From an uncultured Acidobacteriota bacterium (lineage in GTDB: Bacteria > Acidobacteriota > Thermoanaerobaculia > UBA5066 > Gp7-AA6): a stretch of 64,000 bases of DNA. The stretch is from the NCBI GenBank assembly GCA_963764715.1, contig CAVXTP010000010.1, positions 96,001 through 160,000 of the forward strand, written 5' to 3'. How positions within the stretch are numbered: the first letter of the stretch is position 1; every line of letters begins with the position of its first letter. Of the stretch, positions 1 to 9,309 are shown piece by piece. The notes beneath the pieces were generated by a model. The model worked only from the letters and a program-made list of their open reading frames with translations, made no database searches and was not told where the DNA came from. Made by a program: the position numbers and the translations under genes.

Positions 1-702
1 GGTGCGCGGCCTCGGCCGGCGCGGCGTCTACCGCGCGATGACCGACGCGTTCTACGAGACCGGGTCGGCGCCGACGGCGTTCCCTTCTGCTACGGGTTTC
101 CGAACCCGCGGGCGCTGAAGGTCTCCGAGCGGATCGTCGGGCTCGCGCACGCTCTTTCCGGTGCGCCTCGTGCGGACGCCGACGTCGAGGCGTTTCCGGC
201 GCCGCCGCCCGGACGCCGGCTGCCGGCGAGTTCGTCGACGAGTCCTTCGATCCGCTCTGGGAGGCCGCGCGCCGCGTTCTCGCGCACGCCGCCGTCCGCG
301 ACCGCGCGCGCGTCAACTGGCGGTTCCACGCGCGGCCCACGCGCTAGTACCGGATGGTCTGGCGCAGGCAGGCGGGCGAGATGCTCGCGCTGGGCCGCGC
401 TCTCGGCCGTCGCCGACGGAACGGCGACCGTCGTCGATTACGTCGGCCGCGAGCCGGACGGACGCGACCTGCCGCCGCTCTTCGCCGCCGCCGCGGCCGA
501 GGCACGCGCGCTCGGCGCGAGGAGCCTCGCGTTCTGGGAGACGCCCGGCGGCCCCGGCCGCGACGGCCGATCGCGGAGCTCCCCGGCGAGCGGCTGCGAC
601 GCGGGCTTTCCGATCGATCGCGCGCGTCTTCGACGAGGAGCGCGGCGCGCCGCTTCGCCGGCGCACGTGAGCCTCGTGCCGTCGCTCTACGACCTCGTCT
701 GA
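1..702 (+). CDS. GNAT-family N-acetyltransferase (5'-truncated, apparently frameshifted)
   Basis: Manual translation gives VRGLGRRGVYRAMTDAFYE (acetyl-CoA motif-like), then in other frames VPFCYGFPNPRALKVS and a C-terminal LVPSLYDLV* (TGA 700-702). The GFPN motif is typical of glycan-cluster GNATs. Confidence 0.55.
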   Translation, partial: GARPRPARRLPRDDRRVLRDRVGADGVPFCYGFPNPRALKVSERIVGLAHALSGAPRADADVEAFPAPPPGRRLPASSSTSPSIRSGRPRAAFSRTPPSATARASTGGSTRGPRASTGWSGAGRRARCSRWAALSAVADGTATVVDYVGREPDGRDLPPLFAAAAAEARALGARSLAFWETPGGPGRDGRSRSSPASGCDAGFPIDRARLRRGARRAASPAHVSLVPSLYDLV

Positions 703-757
703 GCGCGGGCGACGGCTGGCGCTCCCCGGTGCGCGAGGCTAAACTGCGGTCACCCGC

Positions 758-2611
758 ATGCCGCGTGAAGACGCCCTGATCCCCTACCAGGCGACGGAGC
801 TGACCGGGGCGAGGATCCTCGTCCTGGCCGCGCATCCGGACGACGAGTCCTTCGGCGCCGGGGGCGTCCTCGCGTGGAACGCCGGGAAGGCCGAGGCGAT
901 CCGCGTCTGGATCGCGACCGACGGCACGGCGCAGGAAGGCGTCGCGCCGGAGAGCGCGCGCGAGCTACGCGGCGCGGCGCCGGGAGGAGGCGGTCAACGC
1001 GGCGGCCGCGCTCGGTCTCGAGGAGCCGCGCTTCGCGGGCCTGCCGGATCGGGGCCTCGCGGAGCAGCGCGGCGTCCTCGAGGCCGCGGTCCGCGAGGAG
1101 CTCCTCGACTTCCGGCCCGACCTCGTCCTCTGCCCGTCGCCGGCCGAGATCCACCCGGACCACCGCGCCCTCGCCCGCGCCCTCTTCGAGCAGGTCGCCG
1201 TCCTCGCGCGCCGGCGACCCCGACCACGACTCCTTCCGGTACCTCCGGATCGCCTTCTACGAGCTCTCGCATCCGATGCTTCCCAACGTGCTCGTCGACG
1301 TCGCGTCGGTCGCCGACCGCAAGGACGCCGCGCTCGCGGCCTACGCGTCGCAGCAGGCGGTCCGCGACTACGCCGGCGCGATCCGCGGCCTGAACGCCTA
1401 TCGCCGGATCACGCTCTCCGGCCGCGGCCCGGTCGAGGCCTTCCGCGTGCTGACGTACGCCGACGCCTCGACGACGTCGTTCGAGGAGCTGCGGCGCGCG
1501 ATCGGGCCGTCGCTCGTCACGGACGGAGGGCGCGGGCCGGCGCCGGTCGCCGTCGTGATCCGCACGCGCAACCGCCCGGCCCTCCTGCGGGAGGCGCTCG
1601 AGAGCCTCCGGGCCCAGACCGCCCGGCCGAGGCAGGTCGTCGTCGTCAACGACGGCGGGGCCTCGCCGCGCGAGGTCACCGACGCCTTCCGCGACGCCTT
1701 CGACGTCCTGCTCGAGGAGCCGCGCCAGCGCCGCGGCCGGTCGGCGGCGGCCAATCGCGGCGTCGCGGTCGCGAGCCAGGAGCTCGTGGCGTTCCTCGAC
1801 GACGACGACCGCTGCTTTCCCGACCACCTCGAGCGCCTCGCGGCGGGCCAGCGCCAGGGCCCCGAGCCGGCGGTCTACTCCGACGCCGTCACGATCGTCT
1901 ACGGCCAGGGCGAGAGCGGCTGGGAGCCGCGCGTGCGGACGCTGCAGTACTCGCTCGACTTCGATCCGGACTACCTGCTCTACGCCAACTACATCCCGAT
2001 CCACACGCTGCTCCTGCCGCGGGAGCTCTTCACGAAGGTCGGCGGCTTCGACGAGGGCCTCGACTACTCCGAGGACTGGGACTTCCTGATCCGGCTCGCG
2101 GCCGAGACGCCGTTCCGGCACCTGCGCGCGGTGACCTGCGAGTACCGGGTGTTCGAGGCCTCCGCCAACGATCCCGGCCACGTCGCCGCCGGCGCGGGCG
2201 CCTTCCAGGACGCGCGGCGCAAGATCTTCGAGCGGTACGCGGCGCGGCGCACGGACGCGGGCCTCGGCGCGGGTGCTCGACCGGATGCGCGCCCAGGTCG
2301 CCTTCTGGTACGACCGCGACGGCATCTCGCAGGGCGAGCTGCGCTACCTGCGCGAGGGCCACCGCCGCCTGACCGAGTCGCTCGGCCGCTCGGAGCGGGA
2401 GCGCCAGAGCGAGCGCGCGCGGCTGACGGCCGAGAACGAGCTCCTCCACGCGCGGCTGGCGGAGGTCTTCGCCAAGAACGAGGAGTACGACGGGCTCGTC
2501 CTCGCGTCGCACGTCGAGATCGAGCGGCTCAACAGCCTCCTCAACCAGATCTACGCCTCGAGGACCTGGAAGCTGCACCTCTTTCTCGACCGGCTGCGGG
2601 GGAGACGTTGA
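758..2611 (+). CDS. PIG-L family deacetylase / GT2 glycosyltransferase / coiled-coil fusion (frameshifted)
   Basis: N-terminal LVLAAHPDDESFGAGG and a later HPDH (PIG-L). GT2 motifs VVIRTRNRP, VVVVNDG, AFLDDDD, EDWDF in ORF 874-2637. Coiled-coil tail ending SRTWKLHLFLDRLRGRR* in ORF 2273-2611. Frame breaks near 960, 1200 and 2270. Confidence 0.75.
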
Positions 2612-2641
2612 GGGGCGGCCGCACCGCGCGTCCTTGAGCGC

Positions 2642-3909
2642 TTGAAGACGGTCGTCGTCCTCGCCCCCGAGCCCATCCGGCCGCGCATGGCCGGCATGGG
2701 CATCCGCGCGCTCGAGCTCGCGCGGTCGCTGTCGGCGGCGGGCCTCGACGCGCGGCTTCTCGTGCCGAACGACGTCGGGGAGGCCCGCGAGGCCGCCGGG
2801 CGGTGTCGAGGTCGAGCCGCGGCGCCGGGCCGCCTCGCCGCCGCGGCGCGCGGGGCCGACGCCGCCGTCGTGTCGGGCCACGCCGCCAACTCCTGGTTCC
2901 ACGAGGTCCCGGAGCTGCCCTGCGCGGTCGATCTCTACGATCCCTTCCCGATCGAGAACCTCCACTACGCGAGGGAGCTCGGCGAGGCGACGGCGCGGCA
3001 CGACCACGCGACCCTCGAGCTGTCGCTGTCGCGCGGCGACTTCTTCCTCTGCGCCTCGGGCGAGCAGCGGCTCTTCTACGCGGGCGCGCTCTTTACGGCC
3101 GGGCGGATCGGCGCGTCGAACTTTCCGGAGGACCCGACGCTCGCGCGCCTGCTCGCGGTCGTGCCCTTCGGCGTGCCGACGGAGCCGGCCGCGGGCGACG
3201 GCGAGGCGGGACGGCGCGCGGTCGGCGCGGGCGGCCCGGGGCCCCTCGTCCTCTTCGGCGGCGTCTACGACTGGTACGACCCCGAGCTCCTGCTCGAGGC
3301 GTGGCCCGCGGTCCTCCGGCGCGAGCCCGCCGCGCGCCTGCTCTTCTTCGAGAACCCCAACCCCGCGACGACGCCGCAGGTCGTCTTTCGCGCGCGCCCG
3401 CGAGCGGGCCGCGCGCGATCGATCCCGGCGGGCCGCTCGATCCTCTTCTCGCCGTGGCTGCCCTACGCCGGGCGCGCCGACCTCTACGCCGGCTGCGACC
3501 TGCTCGTCTCGATCTCGTCGGAGGGGCTCGAGACGGAGCTCTCCTACCGGACGCGCCTGCTCGACGCGGCCTGGGGCGGCGTGCCGTCGGTGACGGTCGG
3601 CGGCGGCTCGCTCGCCCGCGAGCTCGTCGGCGGCGGGAGCGGCGATCGAGTGCGCCCGCGAGGCCGGGGCCCTGGCGGCCGCGGTCGAGGCCCTGCTCGC
3701 CGACGCTCCCCGCCTCGCGTCGATGTCGGACGCGGCGCGGGCGTTCGCGCGCGGCCGCGCGTGGCCGCGCGTGGCGGAGCCCCTGGCCGCGTGGGTCCGC
3801 GAGGCCCGCGTGGATCCCGGACGGCGCCCGCTGCCGGCCTTGGCGCCCGGACGGTCGCGGTTCTGGAGGCTTTTTCGATGAGGGCGGCATTCGCGCCGGG
3901 TCAGAGTAG
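2642..3909 (+). CDS. GT-B (GT4-like) glycosyltransferase (frameshifted; 3' end uncertain)
   Basis: MAGMGIRALELARSL, DLYDPF, LFGGVYDWYDP, ETELSYRTRLLDAAWGGVP motifs; locally broken frame. Confidence 0.7.
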
Positions 3910-3956
3910 GGGCGGGGCTCGTCCCCGCCCAGGGCGGCCACAAGGGCCGCCACTAC
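3906..3956. repeat. GTAG-type REP-like palindromic element (copy 1)
   Basis: GTAGGGGCGGGGCTCGTCCCCGCCC followed by GGGCGGCCACAAGGGCCGCCACTAC; two hairpins with outward GTAG/CTAC ends; matches copies at 20223 and 57797. Confidence 0.75.
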
Positions 3957-3985
3957 GACCGCGGGGCTGCTAGTCTTCCGCGGTC

Positions 3986-5186
3986 GTGCCGATACCGGAA
4001 GCCTCGATCGTCGTCGTCCATCACCGCGGGCTGGAGCACCTGCTCGAGTCCCTCGCGGCGCTGGACGCGGCCACGCGGGAGGGCCTGACGGCCGAGATCC
4101 TCCTCGTCGACAACGCCTCCGGCACCCCTCAGGACGAGGTCCTGCGGCGGCATCCGGCGGTCCGGCGGATCCCGTCGGCGGTCAACGTGGGCTTCGCGTC
4201 CGGTTGCCGGCTCGGCGTCGAGGCCGCCCGGGCGCCCCGTCGTGCTGTTCGTCAACGACGACGCCGTCGTCCGGCCGGACGCGCCGCGGCTCCTCGTCGC
4301 GGCCCTCGCGGCCGCCGACGAGGACGTCGTCGCGGTGGGCGGGCGGATGACGGACCGCACCGGCCGGCGCAACGACTTCTCCGACGGCTTCCTGACGTTC
4401 GACGGGCACGCGTTCGCCGCCCACGTCGGGCGCGCGGTCGAGTCGCTGCCGCCGGCCGAGCCGGGGGAGGAGCGGCTCTTCGCCTCGGGCGGGCTGATGG
4501 CGGTCCGCCGGGCGGACTTCCTCGCCTCGGGCGGCTTCGACGACGACTACTTCGCGTACCTCGAGGACGTGGACTTCGGCTGGCGGCAGTGGATCGCGGG
4601 GCGGCGCATCTTGGCCGAGCCCCGGGCGTGGGCGCTCCACCGCGGCGGGGCGACGGGCGAGGCGCTCGGGGTCTTCTCGCGCGGATTCCTCTTCGAGAAG
4701 AACGCCTTCGCCACGGCCTACAAGAACTTCGACGCGGAGCACTTCCGCGACCTCATGCCGGCGGTGCTCATGGCGTTCCTGACGCGGGTCGCCCAGATGC
4801 TCGCGGCGAGGAATCCCGGCGCGGCCGAGCTCCGCCGCGATCCCTACGCCGCGTCGTCGCGGCGGGGGCCGGCGCTCCGCGCGCTCTTCGGGATCTCCGA
4901 GGATTTCGCGGCGCGCGTCCGCGTCGATGATCCGCTGACCGTCGCGCAGCTGCGCGCGCTGTCCTGGATCCACGCGCACCACGCGGCCCTCGCCGAGAAG
5001 CGGCGGGCGGTGCAGGCCGCGCGCCGGCGCCCGGACGCCGAGATCTTCGCGAAGTTCCCGCTCCGCATCGTGCCGACGTACCCGGGCGACGAGCGCTTCG
5101 GCTCGGATTTCTTCGCGCCGTTCCTCCGGACCGCGCCCGGGCTCGTGCGGATGACGCTCGAGGAGATCTTCGAGGGCCGCGCATGA
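3986..5186 (+). CDS. GT2 family glycosyltransferase (frameshift near 4235)
   Basis: SIVVVHHRG, LVDNAS, NVGFASG in the first ORF; LFVNDD, GGFDDDYFAYLEDVDFGWR in ORF 4242-5186. Confidence 0.8.
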
Positions 5187-6106
5187 CGTTCTCGATCGTC
5201 ATCCCGACCTACCGGCGCCCCGAGACGCTGTTCCCCGTGCTCGACGCCCTCGCGCGCCAGACGGGCCCGCCGGAGTTCGAGGTGGTCGTCGTCGACGACG
5301 GGTCCGGCGACGACACGCCCCGGCGCCTGGCCGAGTACCGGCCGCCGTACGCGTTCCGGTTCTTTTCCCAGGAGAACGGCGGGCCGGCCTCCGCGCGCAA
5401 CCGGGGCGTGCGCGAGGCGCGGGGCCGCGTGGTCCTGTTCCTCGGCGACGACACGGTGCCGGAGCCGGCCCTGCTCTCGGTCCACGCGCGCACCCACGCG
5501 GAGACGCGGCCGTATCCGATCGCCGTGCTCGGCTACACCACGTGGCCGCGGGACCTCCGCGTGTCGCCGTTTCTCCACCACATCAACGAGTACGGCCTCC
5601 AGTTCGGCTACGGCCTCATCCGGGACCCGGAGCAGGTGCCCTTCAATTTCTTCTACACCTCGAACGTCTCGCTGCCGCGGGCGCTCCTGCTCGAGGCAGG
5701 CCTCTTCGACACGAGCTTCCCGCACGCCGCATGGGAGGACATCGAGGTGGCCTACCGCCTGATGCAGCGCGGCATGCGGATGCTCTACCGGCCCGAAGCC
5801 GTCGCGCGCCACCACCACGACATCACGTTCGCGTCCTTCCGCCGCCGGCAGGAGAAGGCCGGCGAAGCGGCGGCGATCTTCTACCGCAAGCATCCCGAGC
5901 TCGGCGATTTCCTGGCGGTTCCGCAGGCGCGCCTGCTCACCAGGAGCCGCACGTTCGCCGAACGCCTCCTGCCCCGCTGGGCGGCGCTCGCCGAGAAGCG
6001 CGCGCTGCCCGGCACCCGCCGCGCGCTCGATCGCGTCCTCCGCGACGACTACCTGCGCGGCTTGAAGCGCGGTCTCGAGTCGGCCGGGGAGATCTCTCCC
6101 GGGTGA
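5183..6106 (+). CDS. GT2 family glycosyltransferase
   Basis: FSIVIPTY, VVVDDGSGD, GPASARNRG, FLGDD, WEDIE; ATGA overlap with the upstream gene. Confidence 0.9.
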   Translation: MTFSIVIPTYRRPETLFPVLDALARQTGPPEFEVVVVDDGSGDDTPRRLAEYRPPYAFRFFSQENGGPASARNRGVREARGRVVLFLGDDTVPEPALLSVHARTHAETRPYPIAVLGYTTWPRDLRVSPFLHHINEYGLQFGYGLIRDPEQVPFNFFYTSNVSLPRALLLEAGLFDTSFPHAAWEDIEVAYRLMQRGMRMLYRPEAVARHHHDITFASFRRRQEKAGEAAAIFYRKHPELGDFLAVPQARLLTRSRTFAERLLPRWAALAEKRALPGTRRALDRVLRDDYLRGLKRGLESAGEISPG

Positions 6107-6211
6107 CGCACTGACCTTCCGCGAGGTCAAACGGCCCTGCGTGCCGGCGCGACTGTCCTCCGTAAGCCTCATTTTTTCTTCAACTTGCGTGGGTGATTTT
6201 CATCATGCGCG

Positions 6212-6227
6212 TGGCTCCGTTTTTGCT
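6212..6227 (+). promoter_or_regulatory. Putative sigma54 (-24/-12) promoter of the PEGA gene
   Basis: TGGCTCCGTTTTTGCT has GG-N10-GC spacing with TGGC and TTGCT; preceded by an AT-rich tract (6162-6200) and followed by a GGAGG RBS. Confidence 0.6.
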
Positions 6228-6250
6228 CTAATAACAATCGGAGGATCGTC

Positions 6251-7402
6251 ATGAAAGCGCTCACGCGGCTCGCGGTCGTCGTCACGGCCCTGTCGCTTGT
6301 CTCGTCGCCCATCGTTCTCGCCCAGGGTCATCGGGGACCTTCGGGCGGAGGCGGGTCCAGAGGTGGAAGCCAGGCCGGCCCGCGGGGCGGGTACTCGGGT
6401 GGTCCGCGCGGCGGTGGTCCGCGCGGCGGAACACAAGTCGGGCCGCGAGGCGGGTACCACGGCGGCGGCGGTTATCACGGCGGCGGCGGGTATCACGGCG
6501 GATACCACGGCGGATATCGCGGTGGGTATCACGGCGGCTACTACGGCGGCCGGGGTTATGGCTGGGGTTGGGGCTGGGGTGGCTATTGGGGCTTCTCCCC
6601 GTGGTGGGGATGGGGCGGGTATTACGCCGGTTATCCCTACGGCTACGGCTGGGGATATCCGTACTACTACGGCGGCGTTCCCGGAGGCTACGTCTCGATG
6701 AACACCTCGCCCGGAACGTGGGCCGCGGTCAAGACCGATGTCTCCCCCGAGGAGGCGCGGATCTTTCTGGACGGCCGTTATATCGGCACGGCCGACGACT
6801 TCGACGGATTCCCGGACATGCTCTATCTCGAGGCGAAGGGGCACTACCAGCTCGAGTTCCGCCTCGACGGGTTCGAGTCGCAGACGGTCGACGTCGACGC
6901 GCAGCCCGGCGCGTTCTTCAAGCTCGACAACAAGCTGAAGAAGATTCCGGGCGCCAAGCAGTACGGCTCGTACGACACGCCCGAGCCCGAGGGCGGGATC
7001 CAGCGCTTCTTCGGACACCCGAGGGGCACGACGTCGGGAGCCGTGAGTATGGAGTCGCCCGACCAGACGGGGGCCCAGCCGACCGACCCGTGGCGGGTCG
7101 CTCCGTCCGAAGGGACGCCCGCCCCCAACGCGGCCCCGGCGCCCCAGGCCGGCGCCGCGCCCGCGCCGGCGACGCGCGGACGGATCGTGTTCCGCATCCA
7201 GCCGGGCGACGCCGCGGTCTACCTGGACGATCGATTCGCGGGCACCGGGGAGGAATTGTCGACCCTGGCGCGCGGTCTCTCGGTCTCCCCGGGCCCGCAC
7301 CGGATCGTGGTCTCGAGGCCGGGGTTCTCCGCCGACGCCAGCATGGTGGACGTCGCGCCGGGATCGACGGAGAAAGTGGAGATCAGCCTGGAGAAGCCGT
7401 GA
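6251..7402 (+). CDS. Secreted PEGA-domain protein with Gly/Tyr/His-rich low-complexity N-region
   Basis: Signal peptide ending VLA-Q; GGPRGG and GYHGGG repeats; two PEGA-like segments (DVSPEEARIFLDGRYIG; IQPGDAAVYLDDRFAG...PGPHRIVVSRPG). Confidence 0.8.
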   Translation: MKALTRLAVVVTALSLVSSPIVLAQGHRGPSGGGGSRGGSQAGPRGGYSGGPRGGGPRGGTQVGPRGGYHGGGGYHGGGGYHGGYHGGYRGGYHGGYYGGRGYGWGWGWGGYWGFSPWWGWGGYYAGYPYGYGWGYPYYYGGVPGGYVSMNTSPGTWAAVKTDVSPEEARIFLDGRYIGTADDFDGFPDMLYLEAKGHYQLEFRLDGFESQTVDVDAQPGAFFKLDNKLKKIPGAKQYGSYDTPEPEGGIQRFFGHPRGTTSGAVSMESPDQTGAQPTDPWRVAPSEGTPAPNAAPAPQAGAAPAPATRGRIVFRIQPGDAAVYLDDRFAGTGEELSTLARGLSVSPGPHRIVVSRPGFSADASMVDVAPGSTEKVEISLEKP

Positions 7403-7453
7403 CCGGGAGGGCGGGTTCGAAAGCCGACTTGTGCCCGAATGGGCGATTGGACA

Positions 7454-7459
7454 TATACT
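7454..7459 (+). promoter_or_regulatory. Putative sigma70 -10 element for the ncRNA candidate
   Basis: TATACT 7 nt before the first base of the long stem; weak -35 TTGTGC at 7429-7434 with a 19-nt spacer. Confidence 0.5.
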
Positions 7460-7465
7460 GAGGGC

Positions 7466-7624
7466 ACTCGAAGGAATCGATTAGGGGAGCGGAGGGCTTG
7501 GCGGCGTCTGCCATCCTAGTTTGCCACACCTTCCGTCAGTCTGATAGCTCCCAGGTCCGCACTCTTCCCGATCCTTCCGAGCCCGCTGGGCCGGAGGCTC
7601 CCCGTCGTTCCTTCGAGTTTTTTT
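7466..7624 (+). ncRNA. Structured ncRNA candidate, rod-like (6S-like size; identity unassigned)
   Basis: Nested pairings 7466-7476/7608-7618 (11 bp), 7484-7490/7597-7603 (7 bp) and 7495-7504/7583-7592 (10 bp with G-U), a symmetric GGAG/GGAG loop, and a T7 run. Confidence 0.55.
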
Positions 7625-8591
7625 ACTTTTCGGCCGGTCGTCCGGATCGTCCGCGTCCCCACAGCCCGAGCAGCACTTTTTCGTAGTGCAGCCGGCGGTT
7701 GCCGCGGCGGTTGTCCGCCGGGGGATCGGCGGCCATGACGGCGGCGTCGCGCAGGATTTCCGGTCCCGTGCGGCGGGCGATCTCGGCGAGCTGGCCCGCC
7801 ACGGCGGCGTGACGCAGGCCCTGCGACTGCGGGGCTTCGGCCGCGAGCGCCGCGTCGGCGAGGATCTCGGCGAGGATGCGGCCGTCGCTCTTGTCGAGCG
7901 ACGCGACGGCCTCCGCGAGCAGGAGGAGCACCGCGGGACGACCGCGGCCCAGGCCTTCCTCGAGCGCGGCCACGACCAACTGGCGAAGCGTCCGGCCCTC
8001 GGCGAGCCGGGCGGCGGGGTCCTTCTCGCCGTCCTCGCGGGCGAAGAGGACGAGATCGCGCGCATCCGCCTCGGAGAAGCCGAGGCGCGTCCAGGCCGCA
8101 GCCCGCTCGGCCGCTCCCGGGGCGGGAAGGGCCGCGACCGTGCAGCGCGAGCGGATGGTCGGCAGGAGCGACTCCGGCCGGCTCGTCGCGAGGATCCACC
8201 GGAAACGCTCGCCGGGCTCCTCGAGCGCCTTGAGCAGCGCGTTGGCGCCTTCGAGGCCGAGCTCGGCGGCGCGCAGGATCCGCGCGACGCGGCGCGTCCC
8301 CTCGTAGGGGCGGCCGGCCCCGAACGCCAGGGCCTCGCGGACGCGGTCGACCTTGATCTGCAGGCCCTCGGGCTCGACGGTGAAGAGGTCGGGATGAATG
8401 CCCGCCTGGACGCGCCGGCAGCTCGAGCATTCGGCCTTCGGGTCGTCGCCGGGGCACAGGAGGCGCGCGGCGAGCCGGAGCGACTCGTCCGCGAGCCGCG
8501 CTTCCGAGGGGCCCGTCAGAAGCAGCGCGCCGGGGAAGCGCTCCGGGTCCGAGGCGAGGCGCGCGAGGGCGTCGGCGGTCGCGAGCGTCAT
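7623..8591 (-). CDS. holB: DNA polymerase III delta' subunit (divergent)
   Basis: ALLLTGP, Zn-module-like C...CSSC, HPDL, IKVDRVR, ANALLKALEEP, LLPTIRSRC; directly downstream of tmk as in the conserved tmk-holB pair. Confidence 0.85.
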   Translation of the reverse strand: MTLATADALARLASDPERFPGALLLTGPSEARLADESLRLAARLLCPGDDPKAECSSCRRVQAGIHPDLFTVEPEGLQIKVDRVREALAFGAGRPYEGTRRVARILRAAELGLEGANALLKALEEPGERFRWILATSRPESLLPTIRSRCTVAALPAPGAAERAAAWTRLGFSEADARDLVLFAREDGEKDPAARLAEGRTLRQLVVAALEEGLGRGRPAVLLLLAEAVASLDKSDGRILAEILADAALAAEAPQSQGLRHAAVAGQLAEIARRTGPEILRDAAVMAADPPADNRRGNRRLHYEKVLLGLWGRGRSGRPAEK

Positions 8592-9214
8592 CCGAGCGCG
8601 AGCCTCTCGGCGAGGATCCGCCAGGTCCGCTCGAAGACGTGCTCGGCGGGACCGTCGACGGCGACGACCGCGACCCGGGCGGGCTCGCGCCGGGCGATCG
8701 CGAGGAAGGCCTCGCGCACCCGTTCGTGGAGGGCGAGCTCCTCGGCCTCGAACCTCCCGGGAGATCCGGCGTCGCGCCGGCGCGCCCGCTCCAGGCCTTC
8801 CGACGGATCGCAGTCGTAGACGAGCGTCAGGTCCGGTGAGAGGCCCTCGCGCACCCGTGCGTCGACGGCCTCGATCCAGGCCGCGTCGAGCCCGCGCCCG
8901 GCCGACTGGTAGGCCTCCGTCGAGTCGCTGAAGCGGTCGCACAGCACGAGATGGCCGGCCGCGAGCGCCGGGCGGACCACGTCGCGGACGTGCTGGCGCC
9001 GCGCGGCTTCGATCAGGAGCCACTCCGATATCGGATCGAGGCTTCCATGCGCGGGGTCGACGAGGATCGCACGGATCTTCTCGCCGATCGGCGTTCCGCC
9101 GGGCTCCCGGGTGGTCGTGACGGCGCGGCCCCCGGCGCGCAGTCGCGCGGCCGCGAGGGCGAGCTGCGTCGACTTTCCGCAGCCCTCGACGCCTTCGAAC
9201 GTGACGAACGACAC
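8588..9214 (-). CDS. tmk: Thymidylate kinase
   Basis: FVTFEGVEGCGKSTQ P-loop, REPGGT, LCDRFSDSTEAYQ; GTG start at 9214 chosen (ATG at 9241 possible). Confidence 0.95.
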   Translation of the reverse strand: MSFVTFEGVEGCGKSTQLALAAARLRAGGRAVTTTREPGGTPIGEKIRAILVDPAHGSLDPISEWLLIEAARRQHVRDVVRPALAAGHLVLCDRFSDSTEAYQSAGRGLDAAWIEAVDARVREGLSPDLTLVYDCDPSEGLERARRRDAGSPGRFEAEELALHERVREAFLAIARREPARVAVVAVDGPAEHVFERTWRILAERLALG

Positions 9215-9309
9215 GGGCCGAAGAATACCCGCACCGGGCATTTTCGGCCCGGGAATGCCATTAACATGGTGACCTTTCTGTTGCTTCCGTCGGCGTAAGG
9301 GGGAGACGA

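Noticed and set aside
7466-7624. tRNA-Sec, SRP RNA, tmRNA, c-di-GMP riboswitch or retron msr-msd
   Set aside because: No cloverleaf or TTC arm, no SRP CAGG-GNRA-AGCA motif, too short for tmRNA, GGCAAAC lacks the rest of the riboswitch consensus, and no reverse transcriptase is nearby.
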